Source: Phycisphaera mikurensis NBRC 102666 (lineage in GTDB: Bacteria; Planctomycetota; Phycisphaerae; Phycisphaerales; Phycisphaeraceae). From it: a stretch of 32,000 nt of DNA. The translations under genes and the position numbers were made by a program. The notes under the pieces are model-generated. The model was not told where the DNA came from, ran no database searches, and saw only the letters and a program-made list of their open reading frames with translations. The stretch spans positions 3,150,001-3,182,000 of the forward strand of contig NC_017080.1 in assembly GCF_000284115.1 (NCBI RefSeq), written 5' to 3'. Below are positions 18,592-27,263 of the stretch, piece after piece (within the stretch, counting starts at the first letter, position 1; every line of letters starts with the position of its first letter).

Positions 18592-20187
18592 ATGGAAGCC
18601 TCCCCCGCCCCCTCCGTCAAGATCTTCGACACCACCCTGCGCGACGGCGAGCAGTCGCCGGGCGCGTCGCTGGACCTCCGCGAGAAGCTGGAGATCGCTC
18701 GGCAGCTCGAGAAGCTCGGCGTCGACGTCATCGAGGCCGGCTTCCCGATCACCTCCGACGGCGACTTCGAGGCCGTCCGCGCGATCGCCGACGAGCTGAC
18801 CGGGCCGGTGGTCTGCGGGCTGGCCCGCTGCGTGGAGGCCGACATCGACCGCGCCGGCGAGGCGGTCCGCGGAGCCAGAGGCGGGGCGAGGATCCACGTC
18901 TTCTGCGCCACCTCCAAGATCCACCGCGAGCACAAGCTGCGGAAAGGCACCGCCGAGATCGTCGCGCTCTCGCGTCGCTCCATCGAGCGGGCCCGCGGCT
19001 TCGTCGACGACGTGGAGTTCAGCCCCGAGGACGCCAGCCGCACCGAACCGGAGGTGCTGGTGGAGATCTGCGCCGCCGCCATCGAGGCCGGCGCCACCAC
19101 GCTGAACCTGCCCGACACCGTCGGCTACGCGGTGCCCGCGGAGTACGGCCGCATCTTCGCGATGCTCCGGGCGCAGCTGCCGCAGATCGACCGCGACGGC
19201 GTCGTGCTCTCCTGCCACTGCCACGACGACCTGGGCCTGGCCATCGCCAACACGCTGGCCGCCATCGAGAACGGCGCCCGCCAGGCCGAGGTCACCGTCA
19301 ACGGCATCGGCGAGCGGGCCGGCAACGCCGCGCTCGAGGAGCTGGTGATGGCGCTGGCCGTGCGGGCCGATGCCGCCGGCGGCGGCGGCGTGAACACCGG
19401 CATCCGACGCCGGGAGATCTACAAGAGCTCCCGCATGGTCTCCACGCTGACCGGCCTCTCCGTGCAGCGCAACAAGGCCGTGGTCGGCGAGAACGCCTTC
19501 GCCCACGAGAGCGGCATCCACCAGGACGGGATGCTCAAGAACCCCGAGACGTACGAGATCATGGACCCCCGCTCGATCGGCGTGCCCGAGAGCAAGCTGG
19601 TGCTGGGCAAGCACAGCGGACGGGCCGCGCTGGCCGACCGGCTGCGCGACCTGGGCATCGAGGCGAGCGGCGAGGTCCTGCAGGCGGTCTACGACCGCTT
19701 CAAGACGCTGGCGGACCGCAAGAAGGAGGTCCACGACGAAGACCTCGAAGCGATCGTGGACGACCTGCACGCGTCCGCCGCGGGCCCCGCCGGCACCGGG
19801 CGCGGCGCCTGGACGCTGCACGGCTTCCAAGCGGTCGCCAACGCCGGCACGCCCAGCTTCGCCTTCGTGGAGCTGGTGGACCCCGACGGCGAGACCCGCC
19901 GCGAGGCGGCCTTCGGCGACGGGCCCATCGAGGCCTGCTACTCGGCCGTGCAGCTGATCACCGGCGTCACCGCCAGCCTCGACCGCTACGCCCACCGCGC
20001 CGTCACCGGCGGCAAGGACGCGCAGGGCGAAGTGCGCGTGGAGCTCTCCACGGACGACGGACGCAAAGCCCGCGGACGCGGGCTCTCGACCGACACGATC
20101 GAGGCCGCCGTCAAGGCGTACGTGGCCGCGATGAACCGGCTCGCGACGCGGGCGGCCGAGCCGGCGTCGGTGCCGGCTCAGCCCTGA
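18592..20187 (+). CDS. leuA: 2-isopropylmalate synthase
   Basis: VKIFDTTLRDGEQSPGASLDLREKLEIARQLEKLGVDVIEAGFP, CHCHDDLGLAIANTLAAIENGARQAEVTVNGIGERAGNAALEE, FAHESGIHQDG. Confidence 0.96.
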   Translation: MEASPAPSVKIFDTTLRDGEQSPGASLDLREKLEIARQLEKLGVDVIEAGFPITSDGDFEAVRAIADELTGPVVCGLARCVEADIDRAGEAVRGARGGARIHVFCATSKIHREHKLRKGTAEIVALSRRSIERARGFVDDVEFSPEDASRTEPEVLVEICAAAIEAGATTLNLPDTVGYAVPAEYGRIFAMLRAQLPQIDRDGVVLSCHCHDDLGLAIANTLAAIENGARQAEVTVNGIGERAGNAALEELVMALAVRADAAGGGGVNTGIRRREIYKSSRMVSTLTGLSVQRNKAVVGENAFAHESGIHQDGMLKNPETYEIMDPRSIGVPESKLVLGKHSGRAALADRLRDLGIEASGEVLQAVYDRFKTLADRKKEVHDEDLEAIVDDLHASAAGPAGTGRGAWTLHGFQAVANAGTPSFAFVELVDPDGETRREAAFGDGPIEACYSAVQLITGVTASLDRYAHRAVTGGKDAQGEVRVELSTDDGRKARGRGLSTDTIEAAVKAYVAAMNRLATRAAEPASVPAQP

Positions 20188-20990
20188 GAAGACCCAGGCT
20201 GCGCCCGGGGCGCCTCCCGCTCGCGGGCGGCATCCATCTCCACCGCCCGAAGCGCCGCATACTTGAGCTGCGTCGTCGTCGCCGTCTTCTGCGCCATCAT
20301 CCACCCGAAGCTGCCGTCCAGGAGGCCCCGCTTGAGCACCAGCTGCTTGAAGACCGTCGCCGGCGGCCGGACCGCGAGGTCGAAGAAGCGCGTCCGCTTG
20401 CCCGCGGCGTGCATCTGGCGCGCCTGCATCATCAGCCGCGCGTCCAGCCGCGCTCCGCTGAAGTAGTCCTCGAAGCCGGCCGTGCTCACCCGCTTGTGGA
20501 GCAGGTGGCCCCTGAGCCGGCGGACCGCCCCGGGGCGCCTCGCCTCCCGCTGGTCGTGCAGCACGTGCCCCGTCCAGCTCACCCGGTCGCGGTGGAACAG
20601 CCGGCTCTGCCAGTCGGGGCTCCACGCCCGCACCCACCGCCCGAAGACGTAGTTCTTCCGCCGCATCCACGCAAGGTCGACCGACCGCTCGAAGCCGTCT
20701 CCGAGGGAGCACAGCTCGCGCTGGAGCACCGGATCCGCCTCCTCGTCCCCGTCGAGCACGAACGTCCAGGGGTTCCGCGTCAGCGTGATCCCGAACTCCT
20801 TCTGCTCGGAGTATCCCCGCCACGGCTCCTCCACCACGCGGGCGCCCGCGTCGGCGGCGATCCGCGGGGTCGCGTCCTCGGAGCCCGAATCCACGACCAG
20901 CACCTCGTCGGCCCAGGGCGTCACCGACGCCAGCGCCGCGGGAAGCGTGTCCGCCGCGTCGGCGCAACAAATCAAGACCGACAGCTTCAT
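20178..20990 (-). CDS. Family 2 glycosyltransferase (WaaE-like)
   Basis: [72 protein letters not shown]. Confidence 0.88.
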   Translation of the reverse strand: MKLSVLICCADAADTLPAALASVTPWADEVLVVDSGSEDATPRIAADAGARVVEEPWRGYSEQKEFGITLTRNPWTFVLDGDEEADPVLQRELCSLGDGFERSVDLAWMRRKNYVFGRWVRAWSPDWQSRLFHRDRVSWTGHVLHDQREARRPGAVRRLRGHLLHKRVSTAGFEDYFSGARLDARLMMQARQMHAAGKRTRFFDLAVRPPATVFKQLVLKRGLLDGSFGWMMAQKTATTTQLKYAALRAVEMDAAREREAPRAQPGSSQG

Positions 20991-21112
20991 CGTCGCCCGA
21001 AGCTACCGGGTTGCAAGCCGACGCCTCCTTCGGCTACCCTCTCCGGCCGCCCTCCGCGTGGGCGCCCGCACGCCCCAACCCCGTTCAAGCCCACGCGAAG
21101 CGTGGAGATCTT

Positions 21113-21487
21113 ATGCCGACCATCAACCAGCTCGTCCGCAACCCCCGCCGCACCCCGACCGAGAAGTCCAAGGTCCGCGACCTCGACCAGTGCCCGCAGC
21201 GCCGCGGCGTGTGCCTGCAGGTGAAGACGGTGACGCCCAAGAAGCCCAACTCCGCCCTCCGGAAGGTCGCCCGCGTGCGTCTGTCCAACGGCGGCGAGGT
21301 CACGGCTTACATCGGCGGCGAGGGCCACAACCTCCAGGAGCACTCGATCGTGCTCGTCCGCGGCGGCCGCGTCCGCGACCTGCCGGGCGTGCGGTACCAC
21401 ATCGTCCGCGGCGCCCTCGACTCGCTGGGCGTCGACGGCCGCAAGCGGGGCCGCAGCAAGTACGGCGTGAAGAAGCCCAAGGGGTGA
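21113..21487 (+). CDS. rpsL: 30S ribosomal protein S12
   Basis: [12 protein letters not shown]...[58 protein letters not shown]; SD-like GGAG upstream. Confidence 0.99.
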   Translation: MPTINQLVRNPRRTPTEKSKVRDLDQCPQRRGVCLQVKTVTPKKPNSALRKVARVRLSNGGEVTAYIGGEGHNLQEHSIVLVRGGRVRDLPGVRYHIVRGALDSLGVDGRKRGRSKYGVKKPKG

Positions 21488-21528
21488 ACCCGCCTCCGGC
21501 AAGGTGCGCTCGGGGCGTTTGGGGCTCC

Positions 21529-21547
21529 GACCGGGCGAAGCCCGGTC
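21529..21547. other. Strong hairpin in the rpsL-rpsG spacer
   Basis: GACCGGGC-GAA-GCCCGGTC, perfect 8-bp arms. Confidence 0.5.
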
Positions 21548-21789
21548 CGCGCGGGAGGCGGTCGGGTTCAGATTGGGCGGTGCTCCCGAGAGCCTCGACG
21601 CAGCGTGTCCCCGCCCTTTCCTCAGGCGTCTGCTCGTTCGGCTCGCCTTGCTTTTCGTTCTCTCGCTCGACGGCGGGATGGACGCGTTTCCAGCGGCAGT
21701 AATCCACCCCGGCGTTCGGGGCGGGTGAACGCAAGCGGACCGGCGTTGACCGGTCCACCCGCCGCATCAACCCTTCCGAAGGAAGACCC

Positions 21790-22380
21790 ATGGGACGTGG
21801 ATTCACCGCCTCCGAGACGCAGCTCAAGCCCGACCCCCGCCACGGCGACCTCGTGCTCAGCCGCTTCATCAACTGCATCATGAAGGACGGCAAGAAGACC
21901 CGCGCCCAGCGCGTGGTCTACGGCGCCTTCGACCTGATCGACGAGCGCCTCAAGGAGGACGCGGAGAAGGAGGCCGAGGCGAAGAAGAAGGCCGCGGAGG
22001 ACAAGGCCGCCGGCAAGGACGTGAAGCCCACCAACGCCCAGCTCACCGGCACCCCCGAGGAGGAGGAGGGCGAGCGCTCGGCCATCACCCTCTTCCACGA
22101 GGCGCTCGAGAACGTGCGGCCCAACGTCGAGGTGCGCTCCCGCCGCGTCGGCGGAACCAACTACCAGGTCCCGACGCAGGTTTCCAAGAAGCGGGCCCAG
22201 AGCCTCGCTTTCCGCTGGATCATCGACGCCGTCCGCAGCGAGAAGGGCCGCCCCACCGCCCAGAAGCTCGCCCGGGAGCTTTGGGACGCTTCGCACCGCG
22301 AGGGCCGCGCCATGTCCAAGCGCGACCAGACCCACCGCATGGCCGACGCCAACAAGGCCTTCGCCCACTTCGCCTGGTGA
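21790..22380 (+). CDS. rpsG: 30S ribosomal protein S7 with internal charged insertion
   Basis: LVLSRFINCIMKDGKKTRAQRVVYGAF, ALENVRPNVEVRSRRVGGTNYQVPTQV, HREGRAMSKRDQTHRMADANKAFAHF; AAGGA SD upstream. Confidence 0.98.
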   Translation: MGRGFTASETQLKPDPRHGDLVLSRFINCIMKDGKKTRAQRVVYGAFDLIDERLKEDAEKEAEAKKKAAEDKAAGKDVKPTNAQLTGTPEEEEGERSAITLFHEALENVRPNVEVRSRRVGGTNYQVPTQVSKKRAQSLAFRWIIDAVRSEKGRPTAQKLARELWDASHREGRAMSKRDQTHRMADANKAFAHFAW

Positions 22381-22489
22381 GCGGCCAAAAAAAGAGTCGA
22401 CGGCTCTGCGCATCCCGCCGCGGAAGCCTGTAAGCTCTTGGCCCCGGGGGAGCAAAACCCCGCGGCGACAACCATCCGGAACCGTCAAT

Positions 22490-22533
22490 GGAACCGCCTT
22501 CGTCATTGCCCGCCCCTTGACGAGGGCGGTTCC
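22490..22533. other. Hairpin downstream of rpsG (terminator or structured RNA)
   Basis: GGAACCGCCTTCGTC (22490-22504) and GACGAGGGCGGTTCC (22519-22533): 15-bp arms, one G:U position, 14-nt loop. Confidence 0.6.
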
Positions 22534-22790
22534 GCTATGGGCACTGCGCCATCGGCGGGCGTGACGGGCTGCCCCTACGCTCGCTCTTGCGGCTCGTTTG
22601 AGTCTCCGCGGGGATCACGGCGCCACTGCCGGCTCGCGCCGAACCGGGCACGCTTCAGCATCGGCCCGTGAGGGTGCCATCGTGGCGCCATGCCGGGTCG
22701 CTGCGCAACTTGTCCGATTCGCGGACGCGAGAGCCTCGCGTGCAGCCCAGGTCCGGGCAACGCCCGGCCCCCGCGCAGCGGGAGAGCACG

Positions 22791-22836
22791 CCGCGGACCG
22801 GACCGGTCTTCGGCTCTTTTGGATCACGGTCCGCGG
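22791..22836. repeat. 46-bp element, copy D
   Basis: Arms 22791-22800 and 22827-22836, spacer 26 nt. Confidence 0.95.
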
Positions 22837-22963
22837 ACCGGCGGTGCACCGCACCCACCCGCACCAGCGCGACAACCGCACCTTGACGGGCCGCGTGCTG
22901 ATGCGTGCTCCTGAACATGCTCGGTCCGGCGCGTGCCGGCAGTGGCCAGGTGCTCCACGCGCA

Positions 22964-22982
22964 GAGCGGGCTCCGCCCGCTC
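22964..22982. terminator. Hairpin downstream of flgH
   Basis: GAGCGGGC-TCC-GCCCGCTC perfect 8-bp arms, 65 nt past the flgH stop. Confidence 0.4.
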
Positions 22983-23047
22983 GAAGCTCAGAACGAGAAG
23001 CAGGAGCGCGCGGAGCGACGCGAGCGTGCCCCCGCGAGGCGGAGCCC

Positions 23048-23791
23048 CTAGAACGGGAACAACGCGTCGATCAGCTTGGTGAGCGGGCCCTTCTTGGTCC
23101 CGCGGCGGAGCTCGCCGTGGTGCTGCTTGGTGAGGTGCAGGTCGTAGAGCTGCGTCGAGAAGATCGTGTTGTCCAGCGTGATGTCGTCGACGCGGCAGGT
23201 GCCGGTGGCCACCAGGGTGACCTCCTCGTCGTCGCTGGCGAGGTGCTTGCGGGCCTCGAGCACGAGCGTGCCGTTGGGTTTCACGTCGATCACGCGGGCG
23301 GTGAGCCGGGCCGACATCGAGTCGCGCCGCTTGTAGTTGCCCTCGCCCTCGAAGCTCCGCTCGGCCTCCAGGTCGAGCGCGATCTCGGGCGTGATGGCCG
23401 ATTCGTTGATGCGCAGCTTCAAGAGGTCGCCCAGGTCGAAGTGGGGAAACTGCTTCACGCCGCCGTCCCACTCGGAGGCCTTCTCCACCTCCAGCTCGCT
23501 CGTGAAGTCGGTCGAGAGGTCCTCGCGGATCACGATCGTCACGAGGTCGTGGAGGCCGTAGGTCCGCGGCGCCGGGCGGGTGACCGCGAACCAGCTCGCC
23601 TGCGCGACGTCGGCGTGGATCGCCCGGAGGTCGGTCTGCCGGCCGGGGCTGGCGATCCGCGGCGTCAAGCGGGCCGGCGGCGGGGCGACCACCTCCGCGG
23701 CGGCCGCGAACTCGGAGAGTCCCTGGCCGGAGGCGGGGGCGGGCGTGGCCGCGAGGAGCAGCGCGGAAACGGCGGGGAAGAGGCGCTTCAT
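23048..23791 (-). CDS. flgH: Flagellar basal body L-ring protein
   Basis: HDLVTIVIREDLSTDFTSELEVEK..., RRDSMSARLTARVIDVKPNGTLVLEARKHLASDDEEVTLVATGTCRVDDIT.DNTIFSTQLYDLHL. Confidence 0.93.
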   Translation of the reverse strand: MKRLFPAVSALLLAATPAPASGQGLSEFAAAAEVVAPPPARLTPRIASPGRQTDLRAIHADVAQASWFAVTRPAPRTYGLHDLVTIVIREDLSTDFTSELEVEKASEWDGGVKQFPHFDLGDLLKLRINESAITPEIALDLEAERSFEGEGNYKRRDSMSARLTARVIDVKPNGTLVLEARKHLASDDEEVTLVATGTCRVDDITLDNTIFSTQLYDLHLTKQHHGELRRGTKKGPLTKLIDALFPF

Positions 23792-23811
23792 GAAGGGGTT
23801 CCTGCGGGGTG

Positions 23812-24885
23812 TCAAAACCGGTCCACCCGGACCTCGTTCGCCCCGGTGACGACGGCATCCACGGTGCGGGCGCGGGGGCCGCGGGCTTCGCCCAGGCGGA
23901 CGGTGACCGCTTCGCCGAGCGCGGCGTCGCCCTCGGCGAAGCCCTCGGCGACGAGTTCGATGGCGCCGGCGGCGACGCGGACGGTCACGTGGCCGCCGCG
24001 ATCGACCAGCGCCGGCCGGGCGAGGTGGCCGGGCACCAGGCGGGTGCCGGGCCGCAGCGAGACCTCGGCTTCGGCGCCGAGCACGCCGTCGAGGGTTCTG
24101 AGCGGGGCCTCCGCACCGGCGGGCTCGCGGCCGATCGTCACGGCCCGCAACGCCACGTTGGCGGCGCTGAAGGTGTCGCCACGCCGGATCGGCCCGGTGG
24201 CCACGGCGGCGAGCACCTCGCGCTCGGTCTCCACGGAGACGGTGTGCAGCGTGAGGGCGCCTTCGGGATCGCGCTCCTCGATCCGCACGCTCACGCGGCC
24301 CAGCCGGGGCCGTCCCAGCGGCTCGACACGGAAGCGGGTCCCGTCCGCGGGCCGGGCAAGCAGCGCCGCGTCGTCGGCGGCGGCCGTGACGCGGAGGTCG
24401 TCGTGGTCGTCGGGGCTCAGGCCGAGCCAGCCCGCGAGCCGGTGGCGGAGGCGGTCGCCGAGGGGATCCGCCGCCGGCGGTGCGGGCGTGGCCCCCGCCG
24501 CCGGAGCGGGCGAGCCCGCCGCGACCGGGGCGGGCGTCGGGGGCGCTGCGGCCGGGGCGGGCAGGTTCCGCACCTCCACCGCGCAGGCCGCCACCCCGCG
24601 CAGCCGGAGCCGTCCCAGGTTCGCCCCGCTCTCCGCCAGCGCCACCCGCACCGCGTCCAGGGTCACCGAGACGGAGCCGCCCGCGGCGGTCGCGACGACC
24701 ACCGGCCCGAGGGTCTCCACCGCCCCGCCCCCGAGCTCCATCACGTCCGACACGCGGACCGTCGGCCCCGCCACCACCGCCGCCGGCCGGAGCGTCAGCA
24801 CCGCCTCCCCGCGGGCGGCACCCGCGGCGACGAGCACGCACAAGCACGGGAGCAGCCAAACCGGTCCGCGGGAGAGAGAGGGCAT
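23812..24885 (-). CDS. flgA: Flagellar basal body P-ring formation protein
   Basis: C-terminal PIRRGDTFSAANVALRAVTI...LDGVLGAEAEVSLRPGTRLVPGHLARPALVDRGGHVTVRVAAGAIELVAEGFAEGDAALGEAVTVR; start MPSLSRG with GGAGG upstream. Confidence 0.9.
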   Translation of the reverse strand: MPSLSRGPVWLLPCLCVLVAAGAARGEAVLTLRPAAVVAGPTVRVSDVMELGGGAVETLGPVVVATAAGGSVSVTLDAVRVALAESGANLGRLRLRGVAACAVEVRNLPAPAAAPPTPAPVAAGSPAPAAGATPAPPAADPLGDRLRHRLAGWLGLSPDDHDDLRVTAAADDAALLARPADGTRFRVEPLGRPRLGRVSVRIEERDPEGALTLHTVSVETEREVLAAVATGPIRRGDTFSAANVALRAVTIGREPAGAEAPLRTLDGVLGAEAEVSLRPGTRLVPGHLARPALVDRGGHVTVRVAAGAIELVAEGFAEGDAALGEAVTVRLGEARGPRARTVDAVVTGANEVRVDRF

Positions 24886-25054
24886 TGGCCTCCACGAAGC
24901 AACGCCCGTGCCGGCGGGGGGCCGCGCCGAATCCGCCGACCGCACCGCCCCAGCCGCGTGCCGGCACGGGCCTCGCTCGGTCCGCGACACCCGCGGCGGC
25001 CAGCCGCCGGGGAGCGCACCGGCGGCCGCGGAGCCGCCGGCGTGCCCCGGTGCT

Positions 25055-25864
25055 TCAGCGGCGGAGGTTGCCGACGACCTGGAGGACCTCGTCGGCGGCC
25101 TGGATCGTCTGGCTGTTCAGTTCGAACGCCCGCTGGCTCTTGATCAGGCCGACGAGCTCCTTGACGGTGTCGACGTTGGAGAGCTCCAGGTGCCGGTCGA
25201 GCATCGTGCCCAGGCCGGGGCTGCCGGGCTCTCCGGCGATGGCGGGCCCGCTGGCGTCGGTGGCGATGTACAGGTTGCCGCCGATGCTCTTGAGGCCGGC
25301 CTTGTTGACGAAGGTGTGGAGCTCGATCTGGCCGAGCTGCTGGGTCTGCCCCGCGGCGTCCGTGTAGCCGACGGTGCCGTCGGCGGAGACCGTGATGGCG
25401 TCCTCGGCGGCGTCTTCGGGGATGTTGATCCCGTCGGCGAGCAGGTTGCCCTGCGTGTTGCCGAGCACCACGTCGCCGTCGACGTTGCGGAAGAAGTTGC
25501 CCGCGCGGGTGAAGGCCTCGCCGCCGCCCTGGTCCCCGGGCAGCGTCACGCGGAAGAAGCCGTCGCCGTTGATCATGACGTCCAGCGGGCGGCCGGTCAC
25601 CTCGCTCGCGCCCTGCTGGAAGTCGTACTGCGTGTTGCTCACGCGCGTGCCCAAGCCGACCTGCACGCCCGCGGGCGTCACCTCGCCCGCGGCGTTCTCC
25701 ACGCCCGGCTGCCGCTTGTGCTCGTAGAGCAGGTCCTCGAAGTTCACGCGGCTGCCCTTGAAGCCCACCGTGTTGACGTTGGCGAGGTTGTTGGCGATCA
25801 CGTCGATCTCGGTGGAGAGTGCGGTCAGGCCGGTGGCGGCGGAGTGGAGGGCGTTGATGGCCAT
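25055..25864 (-). CDS. flgG: Flagellar basal-body rod protein
   Basis: MAINALHSAATGLTALSTEIDVIANNLANVNTVGFKGSRVNFEDLLYE, GRPLDVMINGDGFFRV, FTRAGNFFRNVDGDVV, NSQTIQAADEVLQVVGNLRR. Confidence 0.97.
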   Translation of the reverse strand: MAINALHSAATGLTALSTEIDVIANNLANVNTVGFKGSRVNFEDLLYEHKRQPGVENAAGEVTPAGVQVGLGTRVSNTQYDFQQGASEVTGRPLDVMINGDGFFRVTLPGDQGGGEAFTRAGNFFRNVDGDVVLGNTQGNLLADGINIPEDAAEDAITVSADGTVGYTDAAGQTQQLGQIELHTFVNKAGLKSIGGNLYIATDASGPAIAGEPGSPGLGTMLDRHLELSNVDTVKELVGLIKSQRAFELNSQTIQAADEVLQVVGNLRR

Positions 25865-25953
25865 AACGAGTCAGAGTGCGCGGCGGGAACGGTGCGGGGG
25901 ATCAAGGCTGTGCCCGCGTGGGAGGGCGGGTGCGGGGAGGGCGACTTTGCCCA

Positions 25954-26183
25954 GCGAGGAAGTGAGGAAGCGAGGAAGTCAGAAAGGCAGGGAGGCGGGA
26001 AACGAGAAGGTCAGGAAGCGTGGAAGCGGAGCGGTGAGCAGAGCGGGCGGAGCGTCCAGTTCGGATTGCTGACTTCTTCGCTTCCCCACTTCTTCGCTTC
26101 TTCGCCTCCCTACTTCTTCGCTTCCTCGCTTCTCCGCTTCCTCGCTTCTCCGCCTCCCTACTTCTTCGCTTCCCCCCCTCCCC
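25954..26183. repeat. Purine-arm / pyrimidine-arm inverted simple repeat between flgF and flgG
   Basis: Purine arm 25954-26038 (gcgaggaagtgaggaagcgaggaag...ggaagcgtggaagcgg), pyrimidine arm 26072-26183 built of cttcttcgcttcc/cctcgcttctcc repeats. Confidence 0.85.
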
Positions 26184-26184
26184 A

Positions 26185-26961
26185 TCAAGCGACGCGCGCC
26201 AGCGTGTTGATCGCGCGGTCCATGAGCAGGTCGTGGTTCTGGATCATGCGGTAGTTGGAGCTGGCGGACTTGCCGGCGGACAGCATCGAGGTGAGCTGGC
26301 GGATCGGCTCGGAGGCGGAGCCCTCGGTGGCGCCGACCTCGAGCACGGGCCCGGCCACCGCGGCGGTGCCCGCGCCGCCGAGCAGCGCGAAGCGGTTGCC
26401 GCCGATGGGCCGCAGCGCGGCGGCGTCGGCGGCGGCGACCTCGACGACGCCGAGGCGGCCGGCGAGGCCGCCGCCGGCGGTCACGCGGCCGTCCGCCTCG
26501 AGCTGCGCGGGCACGCCTTCGGGCAGGCGGATCGGCAGGCCGCGGTCGTCGAGCACGCGAGCGCCGGCCTGGTTCACCAGCTCGCCGGCCTCGCTCACGA
26601 GGAAGCGGCCGTCGCGGGTGAGGGCGGGCTCGCCGGGGGTCTGCGTGTTCTCGACGGTGAAGAAGGCGTTGGCTTGGGGCAGCATCGCGTCGAGCGGGTT
26701 GCCGGTGGTGACGACCGGGCCGGCCTGCAGCGAGACGCGGCTCGCCGCGACGACTGTGCCGCCGCCCAGGCGCTCGAGCAGCTGGTTGGAGGTGCGCATC
26801 GGGGCGAGGTCCTCGACGGCCTCGGGCGGCCGGGCCTGGGCGGCGGCGAGCTGCGGCTTGAAGCCGACGGTGTTGACGTTGGCGAGGTTGTTCGCCGCGA
26901 CGTCCTGGCGGTGCGAGGCGGTCAGGGCGCCGGCGGCGGAGAGGTACAGGCCGTAGTTCAC
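26185..26961 (-). CDS. flgF: Flagellar hook-basal body protein, FlgF-like
   Basis: (GTG)NYGLYLSAAGALTASHRQDVAANNLANVNTVGFKPQ, GNPLDAML..NAFFTVE, LTRDGRFLVSEAGELVNQAG, C-terminal SSNYRMIQNHDLLMDRAINTLARV. Confidence 0.85.
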   Translation of the reverse strand: MNYGLYLSAAGALTASHRQDVAANNLANVNTVGFKPQLAAAQARPPEAVEDLAPMRTSNQLLERLGGGTVVAASRVSLQAGPVVTTGNPLDAMLPQANAFFTVENTQTPGEPALTRDGRFLVSEAGELVNQAGARVLDDRGLPIRLPEGVPAQLEADGRVTAGGGLAGRLGVVEVAAADAAALRPIGGNRFALLGGAGTAAVAGPVLEVGATEGSASEPIRQLTSMLSAGKSASSNYRMIQNHDLLMDRAINTLARVA

Positions 26962-27221
26962 GCGGCCACCGCTTCCGCCGCCAGGGCCGCGAGCTTCGCC
27001 GCCTGGGTGCCGCCCCAGGCGGCCGCGAGCGTGGCCCGCCGGGCGTGTTCGGCCGCCGCCCGCTCCGCGAGCTCGGCGACGCACGCGTCCAGGTCCGCGA
27101 GGGCCGCGGCGTCGCCGGCCGCGAGGGCTTCGAGGTCGACGCCGCGCTGCGCGAGGACGTCGAGCCAGCACGAGGGGGTGGCGGGGATCTGCACGCCCGG
27201 CTCACGCAAGGCGGGTGCCAC
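26958..27221 (-). CDS. Small hypothetical protein translationally coupled to the FlgF-like gene
   Basis: Stop overlaps the downstream GTG (GTGA); Ala-rich helical; start could be 27221 or GTG 27194. Confidence 0.5.
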   Translation of the reverse strand: MAPALREPGVQIPATPSCWLDVLAQRGVDLEALAAGDAAALADLDACVAELAERAAAEHARRATLAAAWGGTQAAKLAALAAEAVAA

Positions 27222-27263
27222 GCCGGCGGCCGGCAGAAGCTGCGCTCCGGCGCACCGCGCGTT

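Noticed and set aside
21011-21038. TTGCAA-N17-CTACCC as a sigma70-type rpsL promoter
   Set aside because: Match to consensus is too weak to call by eye; left unannotated.
18519-21224. 901-aa plus and 831-aa minus ORFs over leuA
   Set aside because: Off-frame or antisense reads of leuA and rpsL regions, Arg/Ala-rich, no homology recognised.
22598-26254. 1218-aa plus-strand ORF, the longest in the track
   Set aside because: Antisense to flgH/flgA/flgG with no recognisable domain; shadow ORF running through the R/Y repeat.
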